Below are positions 37,341 to 47,862 of a stretch of DNA of 64,000 nucleotides, in pieces. This DNA comes from Oscillospiraceae bacterium. GTDB taxonomy: Bacteria; Bacillota; Clostridia; Oscillospirales; CAG-272. Below the pieces are notes generated by a model that made no database searches, was not told the origin of the DNA, and saw only the letters and a program-made list of their open reading frames with translations. The stretch spans positions 55,840-119,839 of the forward strand of contig SVSR01000001.1 of assembly GCA_015064205.1 (NCBI GenBank). Direction: 5' to 3'. The stretch's first letter is position 1, and the number at the start of each line of letters is the position of its first letter. The position numbers were made by a program, and so were the translations under genes.

Positions 37341-38678
37341 TCAGTCGGCTTTAAGGGCTTTCAAGGCAAAATAAACGCCAACGTTTGCCTGAGCATCACT
37401 TGATGCACGATGAGCCTCTTTTTGCTTTATACCGAAAAGCTCGCTTAAATATTCAAGCTTTATCTTTTGCCAACCGTATTTATCCTTGAGCCTTGCCGCA
37501 TAGTCGCAGGTATCAAAAAACTCGTTTTTGAATTCAAGCCCCGCCTTTGCCGCAACCTTGCATATATAGGGAAGATCGCTTGCCTTTATACTGTGGCCGA
37601 CAAGTATGCTTTCACCGGCAAATTCAATGAATTTTTTGACGACTTCGTCAACAGGGGGCTTGTTTGCCACCATTTCGTCTGTTATGTGAGTCAGTTTTAC
37701 AACGTGAGGAGTGATGCTCCTGCCCGGATTTGCGAGCATTGAAAATGTATCGGTAACAACTCCGTTTACAACCTTAACGGCACCGATCTCAGTTATCTCT
37801 GCAGGCTTGTCTCCGCTTGCAGCCCCATACGAGCCCGTAGTTTCTATATCAAGGGCAACAAATGAATCGAAATAAGGTTCTTTTATCTCGTGCAAAACGG
37901 TTGGATACGTGCAGGATTTAACGTGAAAATCTACGTTCATAAGCTTTAACTGATCAAGCGTTCGAAGAAATGTGTCTTCAGAACAGTTAAGGACGATCTC
38001 TCCCTGCCCGCCTCCCTCGTCTGCGGTTCTGACAATACCCCCGAGTCTTCCGTTCGCAGCCTTGACGATTGCTTCTCTGAAGCTTATAACGTCGCTTATT
38101 GAAAGCGTTTCAAAATATTTAGCAAGCAAGACAGGCGCAAGGCTGTGCGTTGTGGTTTCGATAGAAGAAATATCTTTTGCCGCGAGATTTATCTTTTCAA
38201 TGATAGCGTGCTTAGTGCTCATTGTGAGCGCCTTTGCTTCCAGCCACTTATCTTCAATAAAAGCAGGACTTTCAATAATGCTTTCGGCGTATTCTCCAAG
38301 AGGCGCGCAGTTTGCTTCAAAAAATGCGCGTATTGAAGAATTGAGCTTCTTTTTGCTTTTGATGCTGTTGCTTTTTGTGTATTCGTCTATTGCCGCAATG
38401 GGAGTATCAATAATTGCAGAAAGCTGCATGATTAAAAACCTGACTTCTTCAAGCGGTGTATTGTATACGCTTACAGCTTCTTTCATGCCTGCTTCAAGCT
38501 CCCCTTTGAGCTTTACTAACATCTTTCTGTTATAAGCCGCTTTAGATGTGTTTTCGCCGTTTTTGCCGATAGTGTACGGCTTAACGGCCTCGGTTATATA
38601 CTCCTTCAACTCATCAAAATTATCTATATTTATCTTTCCCGGTTTGCGTGAAATGAGCATTTTTACTTTTTTCATCAA
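37341..38678 (-). CDS. Fusion protein: DUF1351-like N-terminal region plus DEDDh (DnaQ/epsilon-like) 3'-5' exonuclease domain
   Basis: 445 aa. The C-terminal roughly 170 aa carry ExoI FVALDIETTG, ExoII LVGHSIKASDL and ExoIII HRASSDAQA. The N-terminal roughly 270 aa (INIDNFDELKEYITEAVKPY...NRKMLVKLKGELE...WLEAKA) resemble phage-associated DUF1351 from memory. Confidence 0.8.
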   Translation of the reverse strand: MMKKVKMLISRKPGKINIDNFDELKEYITEAVKPYTIGKNGENTSKAAYNRKMLVKLKGELEAGMKEAVSVYNTPLEEVRFLIMQLSAIIDTPIAAIDEYTKSNSIKSKKKLNSSIRAFFEANCAPLGEYAESIIESPAFIEDKWLEAKALTMSTKHAIIEKINLAAKDISSIETTTHSLAPVLLAKYFETLSISDVISFREAIVKAANGRLGGIVRTADEGGGQGEIVLNCSEDTFLRTLDQLKLMNVDFHVKSCTYPTVLHEIKEPYFDSFVALDIETTGSYGAASGDKPAEITEIGAVKVVNGVVTDTFSMLANPGRSITPHVVKLTHITDEMVANKPPVDEVVKKFIEFAGESILVGHSIKASDLPYICKVAAKAGLEFKNEFFDTCDYAARLKDKYGWQKIKLEYLSELFGIKQKEAHRASSDAQANVGVYFALKALKAD

Positions 38679-38819
38679 AAGGGCGCTCCTTTAAAGTTAC
38701 AAATCTAGATAAGTATACCACATTATACCACTTTTTGCAATAGAATAAGGCTTTTTTATGCATAAATTGCAGTGCGGGGTCAAAGATAAAATATCATATG
38801 CTAATTTATAGGGGGATCT

Positions 38820-39236
38820 ATGAAAAAAGCTGTTGAAAATATCAGTATATTACTCGCAGGCGGTGTTATGTATGCGGGCATTGAGCTTTTGTGGAGAGGG
38901 TATACTCATCCGAGCATGGTGCTAACCGGCGGCGTCTGCTTTTTGATAATTTACAGGATAGCACCGTTTGACTCTCCGCTTTTGCTTCGTGTTCTTGCTT
39001 GTGCTGCGGCGATAACCGCAATAGAATTTGCCGTTGGAGTATGCGTGAATATCATATTCGAATTAAATGTGTGGGATTATTCAGACAGGCCGTTTAATCT
39101 TCTTGGCCAGATCTGTCCGCTTTACAGTTTCTTCTGGTTTATATTGTCCTTTGCGGCAATACCGCTTTGTAATTATATTTATAAATGGTACAGAAGGCTT
39201 CAGAAAAGTCAGTCTGAAAAAGAAGTTATTTCGTGA
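38820..39236 (+). CDS. Small polytopic membrane protein (putative ABC-transporter type IV / CmpB-like, PF06541-like)
   Basis: 138 aa. GIELLWRGYTHP and NVWDYSDRPFNLLGQICPLYSFFW resemble the family pattern. The 3' end overlaps convergent comEC by 28 nt. Confidence 0.6.
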   Translation: MKKAVENISILLAGGVMYAGIELLWRGYTHPSMVLTGGVCFLIIYRIAPFDSPLLLRVLACAAAITAIEFAVGVCVNIIFELNVWDYSDRPFNLLGQICPLYSFFWFILSFAAIPLCNYIYKWYRRLQKSQSEKEVIS

Positions 39237-41503
39237 TAACCGTAAGGTAAAATCGTTTGCCGCAGTAAAACTTTTGACTCTTCTAGCGCATTTGGATAAA
39301 CGATAAGCTTGCAGTAAGCAGAAGTAAGCGCGGATAAGATTAAAGTATCATTTGTTTTCGGCCCGTGATTACCTTTGAGAACAAAGTCTGCCTTTCTGAG
39401 TACATCTGAATAGAGCTTAAAGCTTTCGCATTTTTCGTTATATCCTGCAGAGTAAACAAATACTTCTCCCGCTTCTTCTATACTGAGAGCAATTCTGACG
39501 TGTGAAGAGCCCGATACTCTGTCAGGATTATACGCAGTTACACAGACGCCGTTTACGTTGAGCGGCGTGTCTGCTTCATAATACTCGTAATCAATTCCGA
39601 GCGCTTTGGCGGTCTCTTCAAGATCTGCGGCGTATATTTTATCGGTATCGTTTGAAGGCACGGGCAAAATCAATTTTCGTATTACCAAACGGCCGTTTAT
39701 CTTTCTCAGAGCCGAGATGTGGTCGAAGTGATAATGAGTCAGCATATAAACGTCTATATCCGTACCTCTGTAACCGGTGACGGCAGAAGCAACCGACGCA
39801 GACGAAGCAGACGATCCACCCGATATATCAATATACACATTGTTTTGCGAGTTTGAAATAACTATACCGTCATCTTTTTCACTTGAAATAACACAAAGGT
39901 GAGTTTCGGATAAGTCTTTTGCGATACATAAAGCGATGCAGAGTACGCATATCAACGAAAACAAGAGCGAGAACGTGGCAAAATGTTTTACCTGCGCGTC
40001 TTTTATTACAAAATAAAGAAAAACAAGAATGAAAATAATTGCAAGCGGTTTTACAACAGTATATCCCGTTGAAATGCAAACAAAATCCTTATCTGAAAAA
40101 TAAGAGGAAAAATTGCTTATCCATTCGCAGAGCAGTTCTGATAATGACAGGAAAACCTGTGATAGGGTCGGCAGAAAGCCAAGCAACAGCGTCATCGCAG
40201 AGCTTATCATAAAAGCAACGATGAGCGGTGTCAAAACAAGCGTTGATATTGCACTGACAAGCGATACACAGTCGAATATAAAAACAGCTGCGAGTGTAAC
40301 GAAAACACCGGCAAAGAAAGAGATACAAAGAGATTCAAAACAATATCGCAAGAGCTTTACGGGAATGTTTGAGTCAAAGGGATTGCCGAAAAGCTTTAGC
40401 GATGTGCCTCTCAGAATATCTGAAAAGAGAGCAATGCCAAAGGTTGCCGCAAAGGAAAGAGTAAGGCCCGCGTCGAGAATCTTTAAAGGATCTGATAATA
40501 CGATTAGAGTTGTAACGGCAAAAAGCGCCGTCATCAAATCAGACCGACGGCGCAGAAGATAACCGGCCTGACAGTAGATCAGCATAAGACCGGCTCGCAT
40601 TATAGATGGAGAAGCGCCCGTTATGAGCATGGTAAAGAGGGCTATGAGAGCAACACATATAAAACGAAGCTTGTCGCTTCTTATTAAAAATTTGAGAAAA
40701 TACATAATGAAGCCGACAATGAGCACAAGATGTGTACCGCTCAGCGCAAGGATATGCGATATACCGATCCTGCGGAAGTTGCGTTCGGTTATATCCGAAA
40801 GCTCATATCGGTCACCAAGCAAAAGCGCCTTGGCAAGAGAGGCTGTACTGCGTGAAAACGTGCGGTCAAATTTGTATCCAAGCTCGTCGCCCGTTTGGCC
40901 GAAGTATGTAAGTAAGGTTTTATGCTTGCCTGTAATTTCAAAATTTTCTGCAGAAGCAATATCGGCGGTGAAAATTATATTTTGCCGCTTGAGCATGTTC
41001 TCATTGTAATAAAGCGACGTTTCTGCAGGCTCTAAAAGCGCATCGCAAACAAAAATATCGCCCTCGGATATCTGAGGGGAAAAGCTTGTAAAGACGGATA
41101 TGCAGAAGTCGACGGCCTTACCGTCTGCTTTTGTAACCTGTGCAATAAAGGAAGCATATTCGCTTTGCTCGGAGTGAAGCTTTGTGACATAAGCGGTGAT
41201 ACGCGCGTTTTTCATCTCGAATTCTTGTAAAGTCCTATATTTGAAACTGAACATGAAAATAGTTTTCAGAACAGCTATAGATGATATTATTATGCAGAAT
41301 ATAATAAGGATAAGGCTTTTTGAAAACGGTAGCCGGCGGATAAACTTGTATGACAATACGCCTACAATGCAAAAAGTTGCAAAAATCAAGTATAAAGAGA
41401 CAAGAAAAGGGCGCTTCCCGTCTGCGATATAGGAAAACACAGCGAGAGGCGCCAGATAGGCAAGACAAAGACAGAGAAGGGGACGCATGCGGAAAATGTT
41501 CAA
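39209..41503 (-). CDS. comEC: DNA internalization competence protein ComEC/Rec2
   Basis: 764 aa. N-terminal DUF4131-like TM/OB region, competence domain (GISHILALSGTHL) and C-terminal metallo-beta-lactamase domain (LTHYHFDHI). Confidence 0.92.
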   Translation of the reverse strand: MNIFRMRPLLCLCLAYLAPLAVFSYIADGKRPFLVSLYLIFATFCIVGVLSYKFIRRLPFSKSLILIIFCIIISSIAVLKTIFMFSFKYRTLQEFEMKNARITAYVTKLHSEQSEYASFIAQVTKADGKAVDFCISVFTSFSPQISEGDIFVCDALLEPAETSLYYNENMLKRQNIIFTADIASAENFEITGKHKTLLTYFGQTGDELGYKFDRTFSRSTASLAKALLLGDRYELSDITERNFRRIGISHILALSGTHLVLIVGFIMYFLKFLIRSDKLRFICVALIALFTMLITGASPSIMRAGLMLIYCQAGYLLRRRSDLMTALFAVTTLIVLSDPLKILDAGLTLSFAATFGIALFSDILRGTSLKLFGNPFDSNIPVKLLRYCFESLCISFFAGVFVTLAAVFIFDCVSLVSAISTLVLTPLIVAFMISSAMTLLLGFLPTLSQVFLSLSELLCEWISNFSSYFSDKDFVCISTGYTVVKPLAIIFILVFLYFVIKDAQVKHFATFSLLFSLICVLCIALCIAKDLSETHLCVISSEKDDGIVISNSQNNVYIDISGGSSASSASVASAVTGYRGTDIDVYMLTHYHFDHISALRKINGRLVIRKLILPVPSNDTDKIYAADLEETAKALGIDYEYYEADTPLNVNGVCVTAYNPDRVSGSSHVRIALSIEEAGEVFVYSAGYNEKCESFKLYSDVLRKADFVLKGNHGPKTNDTLILSALTSAYCKLIVYPNALEESKVLLRQTILPYGYHEITSFSD

Positions 41504-41595
41504 TTAAAGCACCCCTTTTCTTGACTGTTAATTAAGCTATCAAATAAATTATAACATATTTTTCCTCAAAAATAAATAAAGCAGATCAAAAATAC

Positions 41596-41624
41596 TTGAC
41601 AAAAGATGTAGCTTGTGATATAAT
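41596..41624 (+). promoter_or_regulatory. Consensus sigma-A promoter of tRNA-Trp
   Basis: TTGACA (41596-41601), 17-nt spacer, TGaTATAAT (TATAAT at 41619-41624). The tRNA begins 20 nt downstream. Confidence 0.75.
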
Positions 41625-41643
41625 ATCGTCCGTAGCGAAATAA

Positions 41644-41719
41644 AGGGGTATAGCTCAGTTGGTAGAGCAGCGGTCTCCAAAACCGCGTGTCCAGAGTTCG
41701 AGTCTTTGTGCCCCTGCCA
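41644..41719 (+). tRNA. trnW: tRNA-Trp (anticodon CCA)
   Basis: Hand-folded cloverleaf. Acceptor AGGGGTA/TGCCCCT, D arm GCTC/GAGC, anticodon stem GCGGT/ACCGC with loop CTCCAAA, T arm CAGAG-TTCGAGT-CTTTG, and an encoded CCA. Confidence 0.93.
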
Positions 41720-41720
41720 G

Positions 41721-41756
41721 AAATCCGTACACATAAATGTGCGGATTTTTTATTTT
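41721..41756 (+). terminator. Rho-independent terminator after tRNA-Trp
   Basis: AATCCGTACA...TGTGCGGATT (one mismatch) followed by TTTTTATTTT. Confidence 0.8.
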
Positions 41757-41769
41757 ATAATATCCTGGT

Positions 41770-42087
41770 TTATTTAACAGAATCGTTTTTCATGGCTTTT
41801 ATAGTTTGCAAAACAGCTTGCTTTTGCTTCGTATTTAAATACAGCCAATTGTCAAGAAGCTCTTTTATCTCCGGTGTGACCTCAATCAGTTCATTTTCTG
41901 AGAAAAATTGAGAGAGCGTTATTCCCAGCGTATTACATATAATTTCAAGCGTGGAAATCGTTGGACAATTACCTCTTGTGAATATGTTTGTTAAGGTGGA
42001 TTCGGGAATGTTTCCTGATTTTGACAGTTTATAGCGCGTCCACCCCTTGGCTTTCAGCGCTTTTTCAAGTAAGCTTTGTATATCCAT
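41770..42087 (-). CDS. XRE family helix-turn-helix transcriptional regulator
   Basis: 105 aa. KGWTRYKLSKSGNIPESTLTNIF...TLEIICNTLGITLSQFF is a typical HTH_3/HTH_26 pattern. Confidence 0.85.
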   Translation of the reverse strand: MDIQSLLEKALKAKGWTRYKLSKSGNIPESTLTNIFTRGNCPTISTLEIICNTLGITLSQFFSENELIEVTPEIKELLDNWLYLNTKQKQAVLQTIKAMKNDSVK

Positions 42088-42253
42088 AACACCCCTCCTT
42101 ATGTAATTATTTTACAGTTAAAATGAGATGTGTTGTAGACTGCCAAATGAAACAATTATACAGCTTATTATAACCGTATAACTATGGTTTAACTAAATAA
42201 AGGATGATTTTACAATCAAATAAATGACCTTGCGAAAAAATCATGTCGGGTGA

Positions 42254-42282
42254 TTGACAAAAAAGACAGGATAGAGTATAAT
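42254..42282 (+). promoter_or_regulatory. Consensus sigma-A promoter of the zinc-ribbon gene
   Basis: TTGACA (42254-42259), 17-nt spacer, TATAAT (42277-42282). Confidence 0.65.
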
Positions 42283-42335
42283 TATTAAAGAATACTAAAT
42301 ACGATGTAAATCTTAAAATATAAAGGAGAACAGTT

Positions 42336-42761
42336 ATGGGATTTTTTGACGATTTGAAGGAAAAGTTCAGACCTGTTGGAGAAAAGCTGTCTGAATCGGG
42401 CAAAAAAGCAGTTGATAAAACTAAGGAGCTTGCCCAGATCGCTAAGCTTTCGCTTTCTGTTAACGAGGAAGAAAAGAAGATTACTGAAATGTTTGCAAAT
42501 ATCGGCCGCGAATACGTAGAGCGCTTTGCAAATGATGAAGACCGTATTCTTCCCGAGGTGATCGCTGAGATATTTGAGGCGAAGAAGAGAGTTGAAAAGT
42601 TAAACGAGCGTATCAGAGAGCTCAAAGGTGAAACTCTTTGCTCATCCTGCAAGGCAAAAATGGACGACGGGGCTAAGTTCTGCCCCGAATGCGGTGCTGC
42701 TGCAGATAATAAGGATGAAGAGTGCGAAGAAGCTCCGGCGCAGATCGAAAGCGCTGAGTAA
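42336..42761 (+). CDS. Coiled-coil protein with C-terminal zinc ribbon
   Basis: 141 aa. CSSCKAKMDDGAKFCPECGA forms a CxxC...CxxC ribbon. SD AAGGAGA lies upstream. Confidence 0.65.
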   Translation: MGFFDDLKEKFRPVGEKLSESGKKAVDKTKELAQIAKLSLSVNEEEKKITEMFANIGREYVERFANDEDRILPEVIAEIFEAKKRVEKLNERIRELKGETLCSSCKAKMDDGAKFCPECGAAADNKDEECEEAPAQIESAE

Positions 42762-42776
42762 TTATCAAACGAACCG

Positions 42777-42817
42777 ACAAGCCGAAAGACAGATTGTCTT
42801 TTCGGCTTGTTTTTTAT
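42777..42817 (+). terminator. Rho-independent terminator
   Basis: ACAAGCCGAAAGACA-GAT-TGTCTTTTCGGCTTGT (one bulge) followed by TTTTTTATTT. Confidence 0.8.
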
Positions 42818-42878
42818 TTAAATTTGTCTCTATTGCACCATATTAACAAATAATTCACACAAAAACAATAGAATGTCA

Positions 42879-42907
42879 TTGAATTTGAGTCAGAATAATG
42901 TTAAATT
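42879..42907 (+). promoter_or_regulatory. Candidate sigma-A promoter of the hrcA operon
   Basis: TTGAAT (42879-42884), 17-nt spacer, extended -10 TGtTAAATT (42899-42907). CIRCE starts 4 nt downstream. Confidence 0.55.
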
Positions 42908-42910
42908 ATA

Positions 42911-42937
42911 TTAGCACTCGAAAGTATAGAGTGCTAA
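42911..42937 (+). promoter_or_regulatory. CIRCE operator (HrcA binding site)
   Basis: TTAGCACTC-GAAAGTATA-GAGTGCTAA is an exact match to the consensus TTAGCACTC-N9-GAGTGCTAA. It lies 35 nt upstream of hrcA. Confidence 0.95.
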
Positions 42938-42971
42938 AAATATAGAAAAACTATTATAGAGAGGTGATGGG

Positions 42972-44051
42972 ATGTCTGAAGAGAAAACAGAGCTCAGCGA
43001 GCGAAAAAAGCTTATTTTAAAGGCAATTGTAGACTCCCATATCCAAAACGGAGAGCCTGTTGGCTCAAAGTACCTTTCGGAGAATAAGCAGATATCGTGC
43101 TCGTCTGCTACCATACGTAATGAAATGGCAGAGCTTGAAGAGGCCGGATATCTTGAACAGCCGCACTCGTCTGCGGGAAGAGTACCCTCAGAAAAGGGAT
43201 ACAGATTTTACGTTGATTCGCTGATGCAGCAGTATAGTATGACTTCAAGCGAAATCGCACAGCTTAATAAGATACTTGGTATGAAGCATTCCGAGGCAGA
43301 CGGAATACTTGAAAGCGCAACGAAGGTTATGTCTTTAATGACAAACTACACCGGGCTTACTGTAAGGCCCAAGCCTGCAGGGGTTGTTATAACCCGATTT
43401 GATACTATGTACGTTGACGAGAAGTGCTTTGCACTTATAGCTCTTACGAGCACGGGCGAGATAAAAACGAAAAAGATAAGATCAGGATTTATTCTTGGCC
43501 CAGGCGACATAAAGCTTATAGCCGATGCGATGAACGCAACGCTTGCAGGGCTTGATCCCGAAAACATCAATGTTCCGGTTATACTTGAGCTTGAAAAACG
43601 GCTTGACCGTTTTGAGATACTTGCCAATCCGTTGGTAAAGATAGTATACGATATCATTCGTCAGGGCGACGGCTCGGAGCTCAAATATGAGGGCGTTAAC
43701 AGGCTTTTGGAGTATCCTGAATTTTCAGATACCGAAAAGCTTAAGCATATGCTTGAAGCATTTGATAATAAAAGCGGCCTCCTCGACGTGGTCTCAAAGG
43801 ATCTCGGAGACGATACGAATATTATTATCGGCTCGGAAAATCCTCTTGGAGAAATGAACGACTCTTCCTTAATATATAAGAGTATAAAGATCGGCGGTAA
43901 GACGGTTGGAGCGATAGGAATCGTCGGGCCCAGGAGAATGGACTATGCGAGAGTTTGCGCGATGGTCAAGTATATTGCCGATTCTCTTGAAAAAACTATG
44001 GATTCGGGTATGCTTTTGCCGCCTGAGGCAAATGATGTGACTGACATATAG
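42972..44051 (+). CDS. hrcA: Heat-inducible transcription repressor HrcA
   Basis: 359 aa. LSERKKLILKAIVDSHIQNGEPVGSK and SSATIRNEMAELEEAGYLEQPHSSAGRVP. Confidence 0.95.
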   Translation: MSEEKTELSERKKLILKAIVDSHIQNGEPVGSKYLSENKQISCSSATIRNEMAELEEAGYLEQPHSSAGRVPSEKGYRFYVDSLMQQYSMTSSEIAQLNKILGMKHSEADGILESATKVMSLMTNYTGLTVRPKPAGVVITRFDTMYVDEKCFALIALTSTGEIKTKKIRSGFILGPGDIKLIADAMNATLAGLDPENINVPVILELEKRLDRFEILANPLVKIVYDIIRQGDGSELKYEGVNRLLEYPEFSDTEKLKHMLEAFDNKSGLLDVVSKDLGDDTNIIIGSENPLGEMNDSSLIYKSIKIGGKTVGAIGIVGPRRMDYARVCAMVKYIADSLEKTMDSGMLLPPEANDVTDI

Positions 44052-44072
44052 AAAGCTTGAAAGGAAATAAAA

Positions 44073-44633
44073 ATGGCAGAAGAACTAAAGAAGAGTGCCA
44101 AGAGCACAGAAGAGGAAAGCAAGGACAAAAAGAAAACATCTGAAAAGAAAGTGTCGGGCGAGGACAAAAAGCTCAAGGGCGAGCTTGAAAAGTTGAAAAA
44201 AGAACTTGAAGCCAAAACGCATGAGCTTGAAGAACAAAACGACAGATACATGAGAATGATCGCCGAATACGATAATTACCGTAAGCGTACGGCAAAAGAA
44301 AAAGAGGGCATATACACAGACGCTTATTTCGATGCGCTTGCGCAGATGTTACCGATCATCGATAACATTGAAAGAGCATCGGCGTATGATGACGGCGAAA
44401 AGGTGCTTGAGGGATTAAAGCTTATATTAAAGAGCGTAAGCGATATGCTTGAAAAAATGTCTGTTTGCGCATACGGTGCTACGGGCGATGAGTTCGACCC
44501 GAATATCCACGATGCTATGCTTCACGTTGAAAGAGAGGATCTTGGAGAAAACGTTATAGCCGACGTATTTGAAAAAGGCTACAAAAAAGGCGACCGCGTT
44601 CTGAGGCACGCAAAGGTCACCGTTGCTAACTGA
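44073..44633 (+). CDS. grpE: Nucleotide exchange factor GrpE
   Basis: 186 aa. Charged N-terminus, then RMIAEYDNYRKRTAKE and RVLRHAKVTV. Confidence 0.95.
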   Translation: MAEELKKSAKSTEEESKDKKKTSEKKVSGEDKKLKGELEKLKKELEAKTHELEEQNDRYMRMIAEYDNYRKRTAKEKEGIYTDAYFDALAQMLPIIDNIERASAYDDGEKVLEGLKLILKSVSDMLEKMSVCAYGATGDEFDPNIHDAMLHVEREDLGENVIADVFEKGYKKGDRVLRHAKVTVAN

Positions 44634-44660
44634 TCGAAATAAAAAATATATAACATTTAA

Positions 44661-46517
<1,857 letters not shown>

Positions 46518-46547
46518 TATCAGAGAAAAGAACTGTTAAATAAAACG

Positions 46548-46595
46548 GTACAGCATCGCTTTCACAAAGGTGGGGCGATGTTGTACTTCTTTGTT
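46548..46595 (+). terminator. Hairpin/attenuator between dnaK and dnaJ
   Basis: GTACAGCATCGC-N15-GCGATGTTGTAC (12 bp including one G:U) followed by TTCTTTGTT. The U-tract is interrupted. Confidence 0.5.
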
Positions 46596-46696
46596 AAACA
46601 AGCTTGAAAGTTTACAAAATACTGTATAAATGAAAAAGCTAAATCAAGTATAATTATACAGTTAATGCTTACACTCAGAAAGGCAGAGTCATTAAG

Positions 46697-47839
46697 ATGG
46701 CAGAAAAACGGGATTATTATGAGGTGCTCGGGCTTCAAAAGGGAGCAGACGACGCGGCTATAAAAAAAGCATATAAGACGCTTGCAAAAAAATATCATCC
46801 CGATCTTAATCCGAACAATCCCGAGGCGGAGGAAAAGTTCAAGGAGATCAACGAAGCTTACGGCGTGCTTTCGGATAACGATAAAAAAGCGCAGTACGAC
46901 AGATACGGTCACGCGGCGTTTGATCCGGGTTCCGGCTTTGGCGGCTCAGGCTTCGGCGGTTTCGGAGGCTTTGGGGGATTTGGCGACGATATTGATCTGT
47001 CTGATATATTCTCGAGCTTTTTCGGAGGCGGCGGACAGTCGGGTGCACGCAGACGCGGACCTGTAAGAGGCGACGATATACTTCAGAGAGTTATCGTTTC
47101 CTTTGAAGAAGCGGCTTTCGGATGCAAAAAGGAAATAGAATTTAACCGTATAGAAGAATGCCCTGACTGCTCTGCAACGGGCGCTCAGAAGGGAACTTCG
47201 CCCGAAACGTGTACTGTCTGCTCGGGTACGGGTCAGGTAAGACGCACGCAGAGAACACCTCTCGGTATGATGCAGACAACGGGGCAGTGCGATGCGTGTC
47301 GGGGACGCGGTAAGATAATCAAGAACCCGTGTAACAATTGCCGCGGTACGGGCTATATAAGAATAAAGAAGAAACTTGAGGTATCGATCCCTGCCGGAAT
47401 TGACGACGGACAGAGAGTTGCTATACGTGCTCAGGGTGACGTTGGACGTCAGGGCGGACAGACGGGAGATCTTATAATAACTGTATCTGTCAGACCTCAC
47501 CATATATTTGAGCGCGACGGTTACAATATATACTGTAATATACCGATCACGTTCTCGCAGGCGGCGCTCGGAGCAGAGATAAACGTACCGACTCTTGACG
47601 GAGGAACTACTTATAAGATACCCGAAGCAACGCAGACGGGAACGCAGTTTTCTATAAAGGGCAAGGGTATAAACAAGCTTGAATACAAGGGTACGGGTGA
47701 TCTTTATTTCACCGTTACAGTACAAACTCCGAAAAATCTCAGCGCAGAGCAAAAGGAGCTTTTGAAAAAGCTTGAACAGACCCTTGAAGCAGAAGGCTCC
47801 AAGGACGGATTTTTCAAAAAATTCAAGGGCAAAAAATAA
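46697..47839 (+). CDS. dnaJ: Molecular chaperone DnaJ
   Basis: 380 aa. J-domain (DYYEVLGL...KYHPDLNP), G/F-rich linker and four CxxCxGxG zinc motifs. Confidence 0.97.
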   Translation: MAEKRDYYEVLGLQKGADDAAIKKAYKTLAKKYHPDLNPNNPEAEEKFKEINEAYGVLSDNDKKAQYDRYGHAAFDPGSGFGGSGFGGFGGFGGFGDDIDLSDIFSSFFGGGGQSGARRRGPVRGDDILQRVIVSFEEAAFGCKKEIEFNRIEECPDCSATGAQKGTSPETCTVCSGTGQVRRTQRTPLGMMQTTGQCDACRGRGKIIKNPCNNCRGTGYIRIKKKLEVSIPAGIDDGQRVAIRAQGDVGRQGGQTGDLIITVSVRPHHIFERDGYNIYCNIPITFSQAALGAEINVPTLDGGTTYKIPEATQTGTQFSIKGKGINKLEYKGTGDLYFTVTVQTPKNLSAEQKELLKKLEQTLEAEGSKDGFFKKFKGKK

Positions 47840-47862
47840 AAGGGCATAACGGAGAGTTATTT

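Noticed and set aside
37972-38535. A 187-aa ORF antisense to the DUF1351-like/exonuclease gene.
   Set aside because: Shadow ORF. The opposite-strand gene carries clear DEDDh motifs.
37341-41503. A prophage remnant, suggested by the DUF1351-like domain.
   Set aside because: There are no integrase, terminase, capsid, repressor-pair or att-like repeats nearby. The flanking genes are pyk and comEC.
42182-42652. A 156-aa minus-strand ORF overlapping the zinc-ribbon gene and its promoter.
   Set aside because: The plus-strand ORF has a consensus promoter, an SD and a CxxC...CxxC motif. The minus-strand product is S/F-rich with no signals.
46946-47752. A 268-aa ORF antisense to dnaJ.
   Set aside because: Shadow ORF within dnaJ. 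The composition is biased (R/S/Y-rich) and no start context is recognisable.
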